From assembly GCA_964462025.1 (NCBI GenBank), contig CAYWXF010000001.1, forward strand, positions 16,853 through 80,852: 64,000 nt of DNA, given 5' to 3'. The DNA is from an uncultured Pseudomonas sp. GTDB lineage: Bacteria > Pseudomonadota > Gammaproteobacteria > Enterobacterales > Alteromonadaceae. Within the stretch, counting starts at the first letter, position 1; each line of letters starts with the position of its first letter. Below the pieces are notes generated by a model. That model saw only the letters and a program-made list of their open reading frames with translations. It did no database searches and was not told the origin of the DNA. Positions 34,308 to 44,057 of this stretch are shown in pieces. A program made the translations under genes and the position numbers.

Positions 34308-37300
34308 CCGTTAAGGCCGGCAGCGTGGTCAGGGTAACCAGGGTCGCGCCGATAAGACCAAACAGGACAATAACGCCAACACCCCGGTATAATTCCGTTC
34401 CTTCACCCGGAATGAAAACCAGCGGCGAGAGGCCGCAACCCGTGGTAATAGTGGCTATGGCTATGGGTCGGATACGCGAATCTACCGCTTCTTTTACTGC
34501 CTCGACAATATTCTTGCCGGCCTCGCGGGCATTCTCAACGGATCGGTGCACGATCAATATCGGGTTGTTTACTACCGTACCCATCAATATGAGAAAGCCC
34601 AGCATGGTGATCATGTCAAACGGCTGGTGTAGCTCCCGCAAGCCGAATACGGGTAACAGTGAACCAATGCCATTCATCAACGCCAGCCCCACCAGACCAC
34701 CGGCAACGCCCAGTGGAATCGTGGCCATGATCAGCAGCGGGTAACCCCAGTGACTAAATATCGCGACCAGTAACAGGTAAATAATAACCAGAGCCACGAT
34801 ATAATTGGTCGACAGCTCAGCCTGGGTCGCTTCGAGCTGATCGGCGGCACCGGAGATGCTGGTGGTGATATCTGCCGGGATCACCCCCTGGTCACGCAAG
34901 TCGCCAACCACATCATTGAGGACGATTTGTACGCCGCGCTCGAGTGGGATCTCCTGCGGTGGAATAATATTTAAAGTGACGGTGCGGCGTCCATCAACGC
35001 GACGAACGGTGCTGGTATCCACTGTCTGAACAATTTCGGCAAGTGATGACAGCGGTACCGGCCCACCACGCGGACCATAAACCGGTAGATCAGGTAGCTC
35101 ATCAAGCTTCTTCTGAGGGCCGGCAGCGCTGTATAGAAAGATATCAATCTTGTCATCGGCCATGAAAAATTCATTAACGAAGGCGCCATCGGTAAGGGCG
35201 GCCACCATATAGCCAAAGTCTTCGGCGGTTAGTCCGAGTTCTTCCAGCCGGCGCCAGTCGGGTCTGACCTGCACTAAAGGCTGCGCCAGGGATAATGCGG
35301 ACGGTTGCGACTGAATACGGGGATTTTTCAGTACCTCCTGTGCTTTACGGTAAGCCTCCAGCGCCACACGGTAAACGGCTTGCAGATCAGTGCCGGAAAT
35401 ATCCAGGTTTACACTGCGGGTGCCGCCATCGTTGCTACTAATTATTGAGCCTTTGGACGCAAAGGCGCGCATGCCCGGATAGCTCTCATATTTGCGGGTG
35501 ATAATATCCATCAGCGGCTGAATTTCTGCGTCCACCTTGGTTTCCGCAATGATCATGATGCTTTCCGGAGAGACATTGAGCGTGAAGGTGCGCAGAGCCG
35601 GAATGTCGACGTCGCCAGAGGCGTACTGCCCGGGCTCATAATCCAGTGCCGGGGTAAAATATTCCCGCAATTCGGCACCGATGTCGCTCATGGTTTCCAG
35701 GTTATAGCCCGGCGGGGCGCTCATGGTAGCGAAGGTTTTTGCTTCTTCGCCTTCAGGCAGATATTCCGCCGGAGGGGTTAGCCAGAATACTATGGCGCCG
35801 CTGGTCAGCAGGGTGGCGACCAGGGTGATGATACGTGCCTTACGGGTATTAAAACTGCGCGCAAAGCGGTCAACGGCAGCGTCCTTCAAGCCTGATCCCG
35901 TAGCCTTTTGCTTGCGCGGGAAGTCGACCCTGGCGAGAATAGTCGGCACCAGGGTGATCGCTACCAGCATCGACACAAAGATTGCTGAAGCGATGGCAAT
36001 AGCCACGTCGGAATAAAGCTGGCCGGCTTCTTCCTGAATAAAGACAATCGGCAGAAACACCATAACAGTGGTGAGACTGGCTGCCAGCACCGCCGGCCAC
36101 ACCTGCCGGACACCGGTTACTGCCGCTTCAACGCGCTTCATTCCCTGTTTCCGGGCCAGTTCAATGCTTTCCAGTACCACAACGGTGTTATCCAGCGTCA
36201 TACCTATGGCAAAGGCAACACCGGCAAGCGAAATGACGTTAATGGTGCGGTCAAAGAGGAGTAAACCGAGGAATGCAGCGATGGTACAGATAGGAATACC
36301 CAATACCCCGACCGCGGTAATTTTCAGGTTACGTAAGAACAGGTACATCACCAGGGTGGCAAACACCGCGCCAAGAGCCAGGTTTTTCAGTACGTTCGCA
36401 ACAGAGGCTTCAACGTAACGAACATCATCGGAAGTAAGTTCGAGGATCATCCCCGCTGGCTTCAGAATTTCTTCGTTGATGCGCTCAACTTCTTCTTCCA
36501 TCGCGTATTTGATATCGATGACGTTCGAGCCCAGTTCGCGTTGCACCTGCAGGCCGATCACCTGATCGTTACCGGTCCACGACTCTGAGCGCAGCTCGTA
36601 ATGATCAAATACCACAGTTGCCACGTCGCGCAGTCGTACGATCTGATCGCCCTGCTGGGAGATGACGGTATTTTTTAGCTCTTCAAAGTCATCGTAGCGA
36701 CCAACGGTTCGCAGCAGGTAACGGCGCTTGCCGCTTTCGACTTCACCGGCGGAGGTATCCTGATTACGGTTAAGAATGACATCGCGGACGCGGGTTACCG
36801 GAATCTGCCGGTTAGCCAGTGCCTGAGCATCAAGGTGGATCTGGATTTGACGCTCAGCACCACCGCTTACGGTAATCTGAGAAACGCCGGCGACCGAAGA
36901 CATACGGTTACGCACGTTGTCTTCGATAAAATCCCGCTTCATGATCATATTCAGCTGTTGAGGATTGCCGGGCAGGGGACTAACCCGATAATACATAAAG
37001 GCGTTACTGGAAAAGGATGCGGCAAAAATACGTGGCTCATCAACATTGGCCGGATAGTCGCGAACCTGGTTCAGGGCATTGTTCACCAGGATCAAAGTTT
37101 CAGTCACATCGACGCCAAACGGAAAGTCCAGTTCAATCGTGGCCTGGCCGCTCACGGCCGTGGCGGTCATACGCTGCAGATTCGGAACATTACGCAGGTA
37201 TTCTTCCTGCTCTATCAGAATTTCTTTCTCGATGTCCTGCGGCGTGGCGCCGGGCCAGGTGGTCTGAACTGAAATGGTGCGTACTTCCAGATCGGGGATC

Positions 37301-37401
37301 ATTTGCACCGGTATCCGGAAGGTTGCGATAATGCCAAGCACGACCAGAATCAGCGCTCCGACGGTCATAATGATCCCGTGGCGGATGATGGCTTCAAACA
37401 T
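34270..37401 (-). CDS. RND efflux transporter permease subunit (pump 1)
   Basis: 1043 aa AcrB-type architecture with TINVISLAG, LDNTVVVLE and RIRPI. Confidence 0.93.
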   Translation of the reverse strand: MFEAIIRHGIIMTVGALILVVLGIIATFRIPVQMIPDLEVRTISVQTTWPGATPQDIEKEILIEQEEYLRNVPNLQRMTATAVSGQATIELDFPFGVDVTETLILVNNALNQVRDYPANVDEPRIFAASFSSNAFMYYRVSPLPGNPQQLNMIMKRDFIEDNVRNRMSSVAGVSQITVSGGAERQIQIHLDAQALANRQIPVTRVRDVILNRNQDTSAGEVESGKRRYLLRTVGRYDDFEELKNTVISQQGDQIVRLRDVATVVFDHYELRSESWTGNDQVIGLQVQRELGSNVIDIKYAMEEEVERINEEILKPAGMILELTSDDVRYVEASVANVLKNLALGAVFATLVMYLFLRNLKITAVGVLGIPICTIAAFLGLLLFDRTINVISLAGVAFAIGMTLDNTVVVLESIELARKQGMKRVEAAVTGVRQVWPAVLAASLTTVMVFLPIVFIQEEAGQLYSDVAIAIASAIFVSMLVAITLVPTILARVDFPRKQKATGSGLKDAAVDRFARSFNTRKARIITLVATLLTSGAIVFWLTPPAEYLPEGEEAKTFATMSAPPGYNLETMSDIGAELREYFTPALDYEPGQYASGDVDIPALRTFTLNVSPESIMIIAETKVDAEIQPLMDIITRKYESYPGMRAFASKGSIISSNDGGTRSVNLDISGTDLQAVYRVALEAYRKAQEVLKNPRIQSQPSALSLAQPLVQVRPDWRRLEELGLTAEDFGYMVAALTDGAFVNEFFMADDKIDIFLYSAAGPQKKLDELPDLPVYGPRGGPVPLSSLAEIVQTVDTSTVRRVDGRRTVTLNIIPPQEIPLERGVQIVLNDVVGDLRDQGVIPADITTSISGAADQLEATQAELSTNYIVALVIIYLLLVAIFSHWGYPLLIMATIPLGVAGGLVGLALMNGIGSLLPVFGLRELHQPFDMITMLGFLILMGTVVNNPILIVHRSVENAREAGKNIVEAVKEAVDSRIRPIAIATITTGCGLSPLVFIPGEGTELYRGVGVIVLFGLIGATLVTLTTLPALTVMVLKVRERWRQ

Positions 37402-38510
37402 TAATTGCCGGCTCCGTCAGTATCTTCACTGGCATTGATAATCTCAACCGGCTGTTCAGGCTGTAAGGCCTCGTTGCCTTTTACGACGACGATTTCATCT
37501 TCCTCAAGGCCACTGATAATTTCGGTCCGCCCGTCAAAGCTCCTGCCAATTTCTACGATACGCTGTTCGGCATAAGGGGTGTTTTCCTGGTCGCGTTTAA
37601 TAACCCAGACTGCGATTCGGCCATCTGGATAGCGTAATAACGCATCGCGCGGCACCACCAGCCCCTGTTCGGCCAGTTCAATACGAAATACTCCGGTCAG
37701 CGGCGCGCCAACTATGGCTTGCTCAATCAGGGTTTGCTCTGGCTGGACACGAACCAGAAAGGTGCGACTGGGAATGTCGGCGACCCGGACAATCTCGGTT
37801 AACTGACCGCTGAAGGTCTGGTCAGAGCCAGGTATATGAAGTTCAACCGTCAACTCATTGTTGATAATACGGGACGCTTTTTCAGGTAGGTAGAAGTCAG
37901 CGTAAACCTGCTCAAGATCTACTAACTGATACACGGTATCGCCAGGATTCAGCCACTCACCCTGAGCGACATGGCGCTGCGCAACGATACCGTTAAACGG
38001 CGCCGTTAGCCGGTGATAATCGGCGATAACGGCAATACGGGCCCGTTCGGCTTTGGTGGCTTCAGCTGCTGCCCTGGCTGCGGCAAAGCTGGCCCTTGCC
38101 CGGCGCACCTCGCTGGCAGCAACATTATCGTCTTCCGCTAATGCCACCAGTTCGTCGAGCTGTTGCCCGGCATCATCCGCCAACACCTTTGCTTCTTCTT
38201 CTCGAGCCTCTGCCAGTGCGAGTTCGCGCTTAATCAGACGGTCATCCAGTTGCAACAGCAACTGGTCGGCCCGGACCCGGTCACCGGCGTCTACTGCGGT
38301 TGTCTGCACGGCACCAGCGGTTTTCACGCTGACTTGCGCGTTGCGCAGGCTAATCAGTGACCCGCTGGTGCTGATTTGATCGATAACAGCCTGGCGGCTG
38401 ACGCTGGTCACGGCCACTTTGGCCCGTTCCTGGCTTTGCACTGCCAGCGGCGCCAGTATCAGCGCCGGTAATAACAAGTACTGTGCTAATTGCGTCGTCC
38501 GTATTTTCAT
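37401..38510 (-). CDS. RND periplasmic adaptor (MFP 1)
   Basis: Signal peptide, lipoyl halves (VDAGDRV, LTAPFNG), helical hairpin and ISGLEEDE. Confidence 0.9.
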   Translation of the reverse strand: MKIRTTQLAQYLLLPALILAPLAVQSQERAKVAVTSVSRQAVIDQISTSGSLISLRNAQVSVKTAGAVQTTAVDAGDRVRADQLLLQLDDRLIKRELALAEAREEEAKVLADDAGQQLDELVALAEDDNVAASEVRRARASFAAARAAAEATKAERARIAVIADYHRLTAPFNGIVAQRHVAQGEWLNPGDTVYQLVDLEQVYADFYLPEKASRIINNELTVELHIPGSDQTFSGQLTEIVRVADIPSRTFLVRVQPEQTLIEQAIVGAPLTGVFRIELAEQGLVVPRDALLRYPDGRIAVWVIKRDQENTPYAEQRIVEIGRSFDGRTEIISGLEEDEIVVVKGNEALQPEQPVEIINASEDTDGAGN

Positions 38511-38740
38511 AGAGATAGGCTGGTCTCCATATTAAGTGACAGGCTGTTACAATGTATCCGTCTGGGGTGTTGTATTTAACCGGTACGCCACCAACAGAAA
38601 AAACGATCACGGTGCGACTGGCGTATAACAATGACTGTTCATCGAACTTCGGCAGTCTTTTGTGATCGTATTTGTTCAAATAGCCCTATTAAACGAACCA
38701 TCGACTGTGAATCTGATTTTTAATCAAGGATAGACCATTT

Positions 38741-39778
38741 ATGACGTTGTTTGGCCGATTAGGATTATTCATTGTTTTGACCTGTGCCGGCATAACGGGT
38801 GCATTCGCTCAGCAATGGGGGAGCGAAGCTTCCGCTCTGGTACTGGTTCAGCCCCTTGGTTTTGAACGGGAAGAAGAGCGGGTTGATGCCGTTGGTTACG
38901 CTGAGGCGGTTCAGTCTGTTGAGCTGTTCCCGGCGGTAGGCGATCTGGTGCGCGAGGTTACCTTTCGCGCTGGTGACTATGTCGAACAGGGCGAGCTGTT
39001 AGTGCAACTGGACAACCGCCGTCAGCAAATAGCCCTGGAGCGCGCAAAAATTGAACTCGCCGACGCTGAACGGACCGTTGAGCGGTTACGTACCAGCCTG
39101 CAGCAGGATGCTATCCCTCAAAGTCAGCTTGACGATGCAATTACTATCCGCGACTTACTCAAAGTTGCCGTCGATGAAGCCCGCACCGCGCTTGAGGATC
39201 GACAGGTTAGGGCACCATTTGCCGGGTTCGTCGGCATTACTGACGTAGAGCGAGGTGACAGGATCACGCCGCAGACGTTGATCACGACGCTGGATCAGCG
39301 TGAACAGCTGTACGTTGATTTTGCTGCGCCGGAGCTGGCGTTGCCATTACTGCAACAGAATGCCACCTTGTCGGTACGGCCATGGAACCGCCAGGCCGAC
39401 GCTTACTCAGCAGAAATAGTGCATATTGATTCGCGGATTCTGCCTGGTAGCCGCACTATACGGGTGCGGGCCTTACTTAATAATGACGACGACACTTTCC
39501 GGCCAGGCATGAGTTTTCGCGTCAGTGTGGCATTACAGGGCAACAGTTATCCGGTAATTCCTGAAGCCGCATTGATGTGGGGCGCTGAAGGGGCCTACGT
39601 ATGGGTTGCTGAAGACGACAAAGCAAAACGCATCGATGTTGAAATTAAACAACGCCTGGAAGGACGCATTCTGGTATCCGGTGAGCTGCAGCTCGGCGAT
39701 TCGTTAATTGTTGAAGGTGTTCAGCAACTCCGTCAGGGGCAACAGGTGCGTACTGAACAGGCTGCGGAGATTAACTGA
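38741..39778 (+). CDS. RND periplasmic adaptor (MFP 2)
   Basis: FRAGDYVEQG, VRAPFAGFVG, FRPGMS and GDSLIVEG. Confidence 0.9.
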   Translation: MTLFGRLGLFIVLTCAGITGAFAQQWGSEASALVLVQPLGFEREEERVDAVGYAEAVQSVELFPAVGDLVREVTFRAGDYVEQGELLVQLDNRRQQIALERAKIELADAERTVERLRTSLQQDAIPQSQLDDAITIRDLLKVAVDEARTALEDRQVRAPFAGFVGITDVERGDRITPQTLITTLDQREQLYVDFAAPELALPLLQQNATLSVRPWNRQADAYSAEIVHIDSRILPGSRTIRVRALLNNDDDTFRPGMSFRVSVALQGNSYPVIPEAALMWGAEGAYVWVAEDDKAKRIDVEIKQRLEGRILVSGELQLGDSLIVEGVQQLRQGQQVRTEQAAEIN

Positions 39779-42700
39779 TGAAATGGGCTCCGCAACTGAA
39801 CGATCTACCTTCAATGGCCATTCGTCGGCCAATACTCATTATTGTTCTTAATTTGCTTATTATTATTGCCGGTTATGCGGCAATAAATGGCGTTGAAGTT
39901 CGTGAATTGCCGGATGTTGACCGGCCGCTGATCACGGTGTCGGCAAGCTTTCCGGGAGCTGCCCCGGAAACCGTCGATACCGAGGTAACCAGCCGCCTGG
40001 AAGGCGCTGTGGCCCGAGTGAGCGGGGTTAAGTCGATCCGCGCCTCGAGCGAAGAAGGTAGTTCCCGCATTGTGGTCGAATTTCGCCCCGGGGTAGATCT
40101 GGATAACGCAGCAAATGAAACCCGCGAATCGGTTAGCCGGGTGCAGCGGCAGTTGCCCGAAGAAGTTGAGAACGTCGCTATTATAAAGGCCGACAGTGAT
40201 GCGGAATCTGTAGTGTCGCTGGCGGTTTCCAGCGATACCCTGAATCTGGAAACCTTAACGGAACGGGTTGAAACCGATCTTGCACCTAACTTTCTGAGTA
40301 TTCCGGGCGTAGCAGATGTACGCCTGAACGGTGATCGCCGCATGGTGTTGCGGGTAATTATCGATCCCTTACGGCTCGCCAGCTACAACTTGTCGGTAAC
40401 GCAACTGGCCTCAGCCTTGCGACAGGCACCATTTGATGTGCCGGCGGGTAGTCTGAAATCCACGGATCAACAGTTGATTGTTCGCGCTGATGCCAGTTCG
40501 GTCACCGTGAAAGATGTTGAAGAAATAGTGGTTGAAGGGGTGACCCGCGTTGGCGATGTGGCCACGGTGTTTTTCGGTCCTGCTGATGCCAGCAGCATGG
40601 TGCGGTTGGATGGTAAGCCAGTGCTGAGCCTGGGGATTATCCGCCAGGCCCAGTCCAACACCATCAAAATCTCAAACGAGGTGCTGGCGCTGGTTGATCG
40701 GTTACGTGACCAATACCCTGAACTCGAAATTCAGCTCACCTCGGATGATGCCAAGTTTATTCGTAGTTCAGTTGAAGAAGTCATTACCTCGCTCGGGCTG
40801 ACAATCTTGCTGGTTATCGCGACATTATGGGTGTTCATAGGATCGGGCCGGGCGACGATTATTCCGGCGCTGGCTATTCCGGTGGCGCTGATTGGTTCGG
40901 TGGCGGTGATCTGGGCGCTCGGCTTCTCTATTAATATTCTGACCCTGCTGGCGCTGGTACTGGCAACCGGCCTTATTGTCGATGATGCCATAGTGGTATC
41001 TGAAAATATCCAGCGTCGCCGCGGGATGGGGCTGGGTGCGCGGGCTGCCGCTGTTATCGGTACCCGTGAGGTGTTTTTCGCCGTGGTTGCCACCACCGCA
41101 GTGCTGGTAGCGGTATTTGTACCAATTGCCTTTCTGCCATCAACAGCGGGGCGGCTATTCCGCGAATTCGGCGGGGTGCTGGCAGCAGCCGTTATTATTT
41201 CGTCCTTTGTCGCGCTGTCGCTGGTGCCTGCACTCACTGCGCGTTTACCACTAAAAACGCACAAAGAAACCCGTCTCCAGCGCCTGGGGAACCGTTTTAA
41301 AGGCTGGTATACACGCACGCTTAACTGGGTACTCAATAAAGCGGTGTGGGTGTTTGCGGTAAGCTGTTTAGTCGCCGGCACCTCGGTTTGGTTCTATACC
41401 CAGATTGATAATGAGCTAATGCCAACTGAAGATCGCGGCACCATCCGCATCTTCGCACGTGGTCCGGATGGCGTGGGACTTAATTTTATGGACCGCCAGG
41501 CCCGTAAGATGGAAGAAATTTTGCTGCCTTATGTAAATGGCGGCGCAGTGGACAGTATCAACACCACAGTCGGCCAATGGGATCCAAACCTGGTGTTTAT
41601 TACCGTTCGCTTAACCGACTGGGAGCAACGTGATCGCAGCCAGCAGGAAATTATAGACGAAATTAGCGGACCTCTGGGCAATATTCCCGGTGCTCCGGCG
41701 CGCGCCTTTGGTTCAAATAGCCTTAATCTGCGCGGGCAGGGGGGCGGTCTGGAGATCGCACTGACCGGCGAAACTTATGAGGGAATCTTCCGGGCCGCAC
41801 AGGAATTCAGCAAAATTATCCAGGATCGCATGCCACAGGTTGGCTATCCGCGGATATCATTTCAGCCAACGCAACCGCAACTGCGGGTGCTAATCGACCG
41901 GCAGCGCGCTGCTGAGTTGAATGTGCCGCTAAGTGATATCTCGACCACATTAAGGGTGGCGATCAACGGTGACGACATTGCTGACCTTAATATTGGCGAT
42001 CAGGCCGTGCCGATTATGCTGCAAGCTGAGCGCACCCAGATTAATGATCCGACGGATCTGGCCAATCTGTATGTGGGTTCCGCTACCGGCGAGCTGGTGC
42101 CATTATCAAGCCTGGCCACCATAGTTGAAGAAGGTGTGGCGGCAGAGCTTGAGCGGCGTAAGCAGCGCCGGGCTATTGAAATTGATATGCAGATGCCGGA
42201 AGACTTAGCGCTGGAAGATGTGGTTGAGACGCTGCAGGAACTCGCTGCCGAACATCTGCCCGACAACATAGGCATGGTGTTACTGGGTGAAGCGGAGGCT
42301 TATCAGGAGACCGCGCGTGAAGTGACCATGACCTATGTATTGGCGTTTGTGATTGTGTTGCTGGTATTAGCGGCACAGTTTGAGAGCCTTAACAGTGCGG
42401 TGGTGGTGATGGCGACAGTACCTTTTGGTATTGCTGCGGCATTTTTCGCGCTCTTTGTTACCGGTACCTCGATCAATATTTTCTCGCAAATAGGGCTGGT
42501 GATGCTCATCGGCCTTATCGCCAAAAACTCCATATTGCTGGTTGAGTTTGCTGACCAGCTGCGTGACCAGGGACAGAATGTGCGGCAGGCAATTGAGAAC
42601 GCTGCTGAAATACGCTTGCGGCCGATTATGATGACGTTGGTTTCGACGCTGTTAGGCGCGTTACCTTTGATTCTGTCGATTGGTGCGGGTGCTGAAGCAC

Positions 42701-42864
42701 GGAATTCAATTGGCTGGGTGGTATTCGGTGGGTTGGCGTTTGCAGTGCTGTTTACTTTGTACTTAACGCCGGTGATTTATCTGGGGCTGGCACGCTTCAG
42801 TAAACCACGCGCAGACGAAACCAATCGTCTCGAGCGTGAAATGGAAGCCGCACAAGACCAATAA
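39778..42864 (+). CDS. RND efflux transporter permease subunit (pump 2)
   Basis: 1028 aa with SINILTL, GLIVDDAIVV, GLIAKNSIL and RLRPIMMT. Confidence 0.94.
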   Translation: MKWAPQLNDLPSMAIRRPILIIVLNLLIIIAGYAAINGVEVRELPDVDRPLITVSASFPGAAPETVDTEVTSRLEGAVARVSGVKSIRASSEEGSSRIVVEFRPGVDLDNAANETRESVSRVQRQLPEEVENVAIIKADSDAESVVSLAVSSDTLNLETLTERVETDLAPNFLSIPGVADVRLNGDRRMVLRVIIDPLRLASYNLSVTQLASALRQAPFDVPAGSLKSTDQQLIVRADASSVTVKDVEEIVVEGVTRVGDVATVFFGPADASSMVRLDGKPVLSLGIIRQAQSNTIKISNEVLALVDRLRDQYPELEIQLTSDDAKFIRSSVEEVITSLGLTILLVIATLWVFIGSGRATIIPALAIPVALIGSVAVIWALGFSINILTLLALVLATGLIVDDAIVVSENIQRRRGMGLGARAAAVIGTREVFFAVVATTAVLVAVFVPIAFLPSTAGRLFREFGGVLAAAVIISSFVALSLVPALTARLPLKTHKETRLQRLGNRFKGWYTRTLNWVLNKAVWVFAVSCLVAGTSVWFYTQIDNELMPTEDRGTIRIFARGPDGVGLNFMDRQARKMEEILLPYVNGGAVDSINTTVGQWDPNLVFITVRLTDWEQRDRSQQEIIDEISGPLGNIPGAPARAFGSNSLNLRGQGGGLEIALTGETYEGIFRAAQEFSKIIQDRMPQVGYPRISFQPTQPQLRVLIDRQRAAELNVPLSDISTTLRVAINGDDIADLNIGDQAVPIMLQAERTQINDPTDLANLYVGSATGELVPLSSLATIVEEGVAAELERRKQRRAIEIDMQMPEDLALEDVVETLQELAAEHLPDNIGMVLLGEAEAYQETAREVTMTYVLAFVIVLLVLAAQFESLNSAVVVMATVPFGIAAAFFALFVTGTSINIFSQIGLVMLIGLIAKNSILLVEFADQLRDQGQNVRQAIENAAEIRLRPIMMTLVSTLLGALPLILSIGAGAEARNSIGWVVFGGLAFAVLFTLYLTPVIYLGLARFSKPRADETNRLEREMEAAQDQ

Positions 42865-42878
42865 TAACGACAGAAATG

Positions 42879-42919
42879 GCCTGGTGGTGTGAGCAGTCAC
42901 TGCTACCAGGCTTTCTTTT
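42879..42919 (+). terminator. Probable terminator after RND pump 2
   Basis: GCCTGGTGG...CTACCAGGC stem followed by TTTCTTTT. Confidence 0.6.
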
Positions 42920-42929
42920 ATAATAGTTG

Positions 42930-42957
42930 ATTTAACATAATATACATTATACGCAAT
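42930..42957 (-). other. dif: dif site (XerC/XerD chromosome dimer resolution)
   Basis: Minus strand ATTGCGTATAA-TGTATA-TTATGTTAAAT versus E. coli GGTGCGCATAA-TGTATA-TTATGTTAAAT: XerD arm and spacer identical. Intergenic. Confidence 0.95.
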
Positions 42958-43076
42958 CATATAATGGGTAGAGTAGCCGGCAGGATAACCGCGAACAAAG
43001 CCTGCGCTCTCCTTCGTCTTTGCAAAAAGCTGCTAAGCTTTTAAATCAAATAGCACGACTATTTAAGGAGTTATCT

Positions 43077-44054
43077 ATGCGGAACGCGTTGCCCGCAAAA
43101 TTATTGATGATATCTACGGGCATGATCGGGCTATTCGCCTGCACACCGGGCAATCAGGACTATCTGGTTGGCACGCTGGAACGCGATCGGATTGAGTTAA
43201 TTGCCGAGCGTTCTGAGCCGGTTACCGCGTTACATGTTCGCAAAGGTGATCGGATAAGCGCAGGAACGCCGCTACTACAACTGAGCGACAGCCGCGCCAG
43301 CCAACAGCTCAGCCAACTACAGGCTAATCGCCAGCAGCAGCAACGACGTGTGGATGAATTGATCCGCGGCCCGCGCCGTGAAGTGATTGAACAAGCACAG
43401 GCACAACGGTTGGCGGCCGCCGGTGAACTGGAAAATGCTACTGAGGAATTAAACCGGCTGGAGCCTCTGGTCGACGATAACCTGGTTAGTCAGGCTCAAT
43501 ACGACCGGGCTGAAGCCGTCTATCAGACAGCGTTAGGCCAATATGAAGCGAGCGCCGCAGAACTCGCCGCTTTATTAGATGGTACTACGGTGGAAGAACT
43601 GGATCAGGCCCGCGCTCAGCTTGATGCTGCCGAAGCTGCTGTAGCTCGTCAGCAAATTGTAGTGCAACGGCTTGCTATCAAAGCGCCGCGTGCCGCCCGG
43701 GTTGAGTCTCTGCCCTGGAAAGAAGGATCACAACCCCCTGCCGGCGCTGTGGTCGTAATACTGGTCGCTGAAGAAAGCCCTTATGTTCGGGTATACATTC
43801 CAGCAGAGAAGCTTAATCGCTACCACACCGGGAAGCAGGTTACTATTGGGGTAACCGGGTTCGGTGATTACCCGGGCACAGTGCGCTGGATCGCAGCAGA
43901 GGCGGCCTTTACGCCCTATTTTGCGTTGACTGAACATGACCGTGATCGTCTGAGTTACGCGGCAGAAATCGAGCTGGATGATGAGAGGACTGCTGACCTG
44001 CCTACGGGTATTCCGGTAAGTGTCAGGCAGTCGTCAGCGGCAGACGGAGACTGA
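43077..44054 (+). CDS. HlyD-family adaptor of an ABC exporter (YbhG-like), probable lipoprotein
   Basis: AAGGAG then ATG at 43077; lipobox LFAC; long coiled coil; AEAAFTPY motif. Confidence 0.85.
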   Translation: MRNALPAKLLMISTGMIGLFACTPGNQDYLVGTLERDRIELIAERSEPVTALHVRKGDRISAGTPLLQLSDSRASQQLSQLQANRQQQQRRVDELIRGPRREVIEQAQAQRLAAAGELENATEELNRLEPLVDDNLVSQAQYDRAEAVYQTALGQYEASAAELAALLDGTTVEELDQARAQLDAAEAAVARQQIVVQRLAIKAPRAARVESLPWKEGSQPPAGAVVVILVAEESPYVRVYIPAEKLNRYHTGKQVTIGVTGFGDYPGTVRWIAAEAAFTPYFALTEHDRDRLSYAAEIELDDERTADLPTGIPVSVRQSSAADGD

Positions 44055-44057
44055 CTG

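Noticed and set aside
38536-38550. GTGACAGGCTGTTAC as a matS site
   Set aside because: Spacer is 5 nt rather than the 3 nt of GTGACRNYGTCAC.
38350-38679. 109-aa ORF across the RND intergenic region as a possible regulator
   Set aside because: Overlaps the MFP 1 start out of frame, has a TTG start and no HTH-like pattern.
42763-42960. 65-aa ORF spanning dif
   Set aside because: Translation of the dif and terminator region, antisense to the RND gene; not plausible as a protein.
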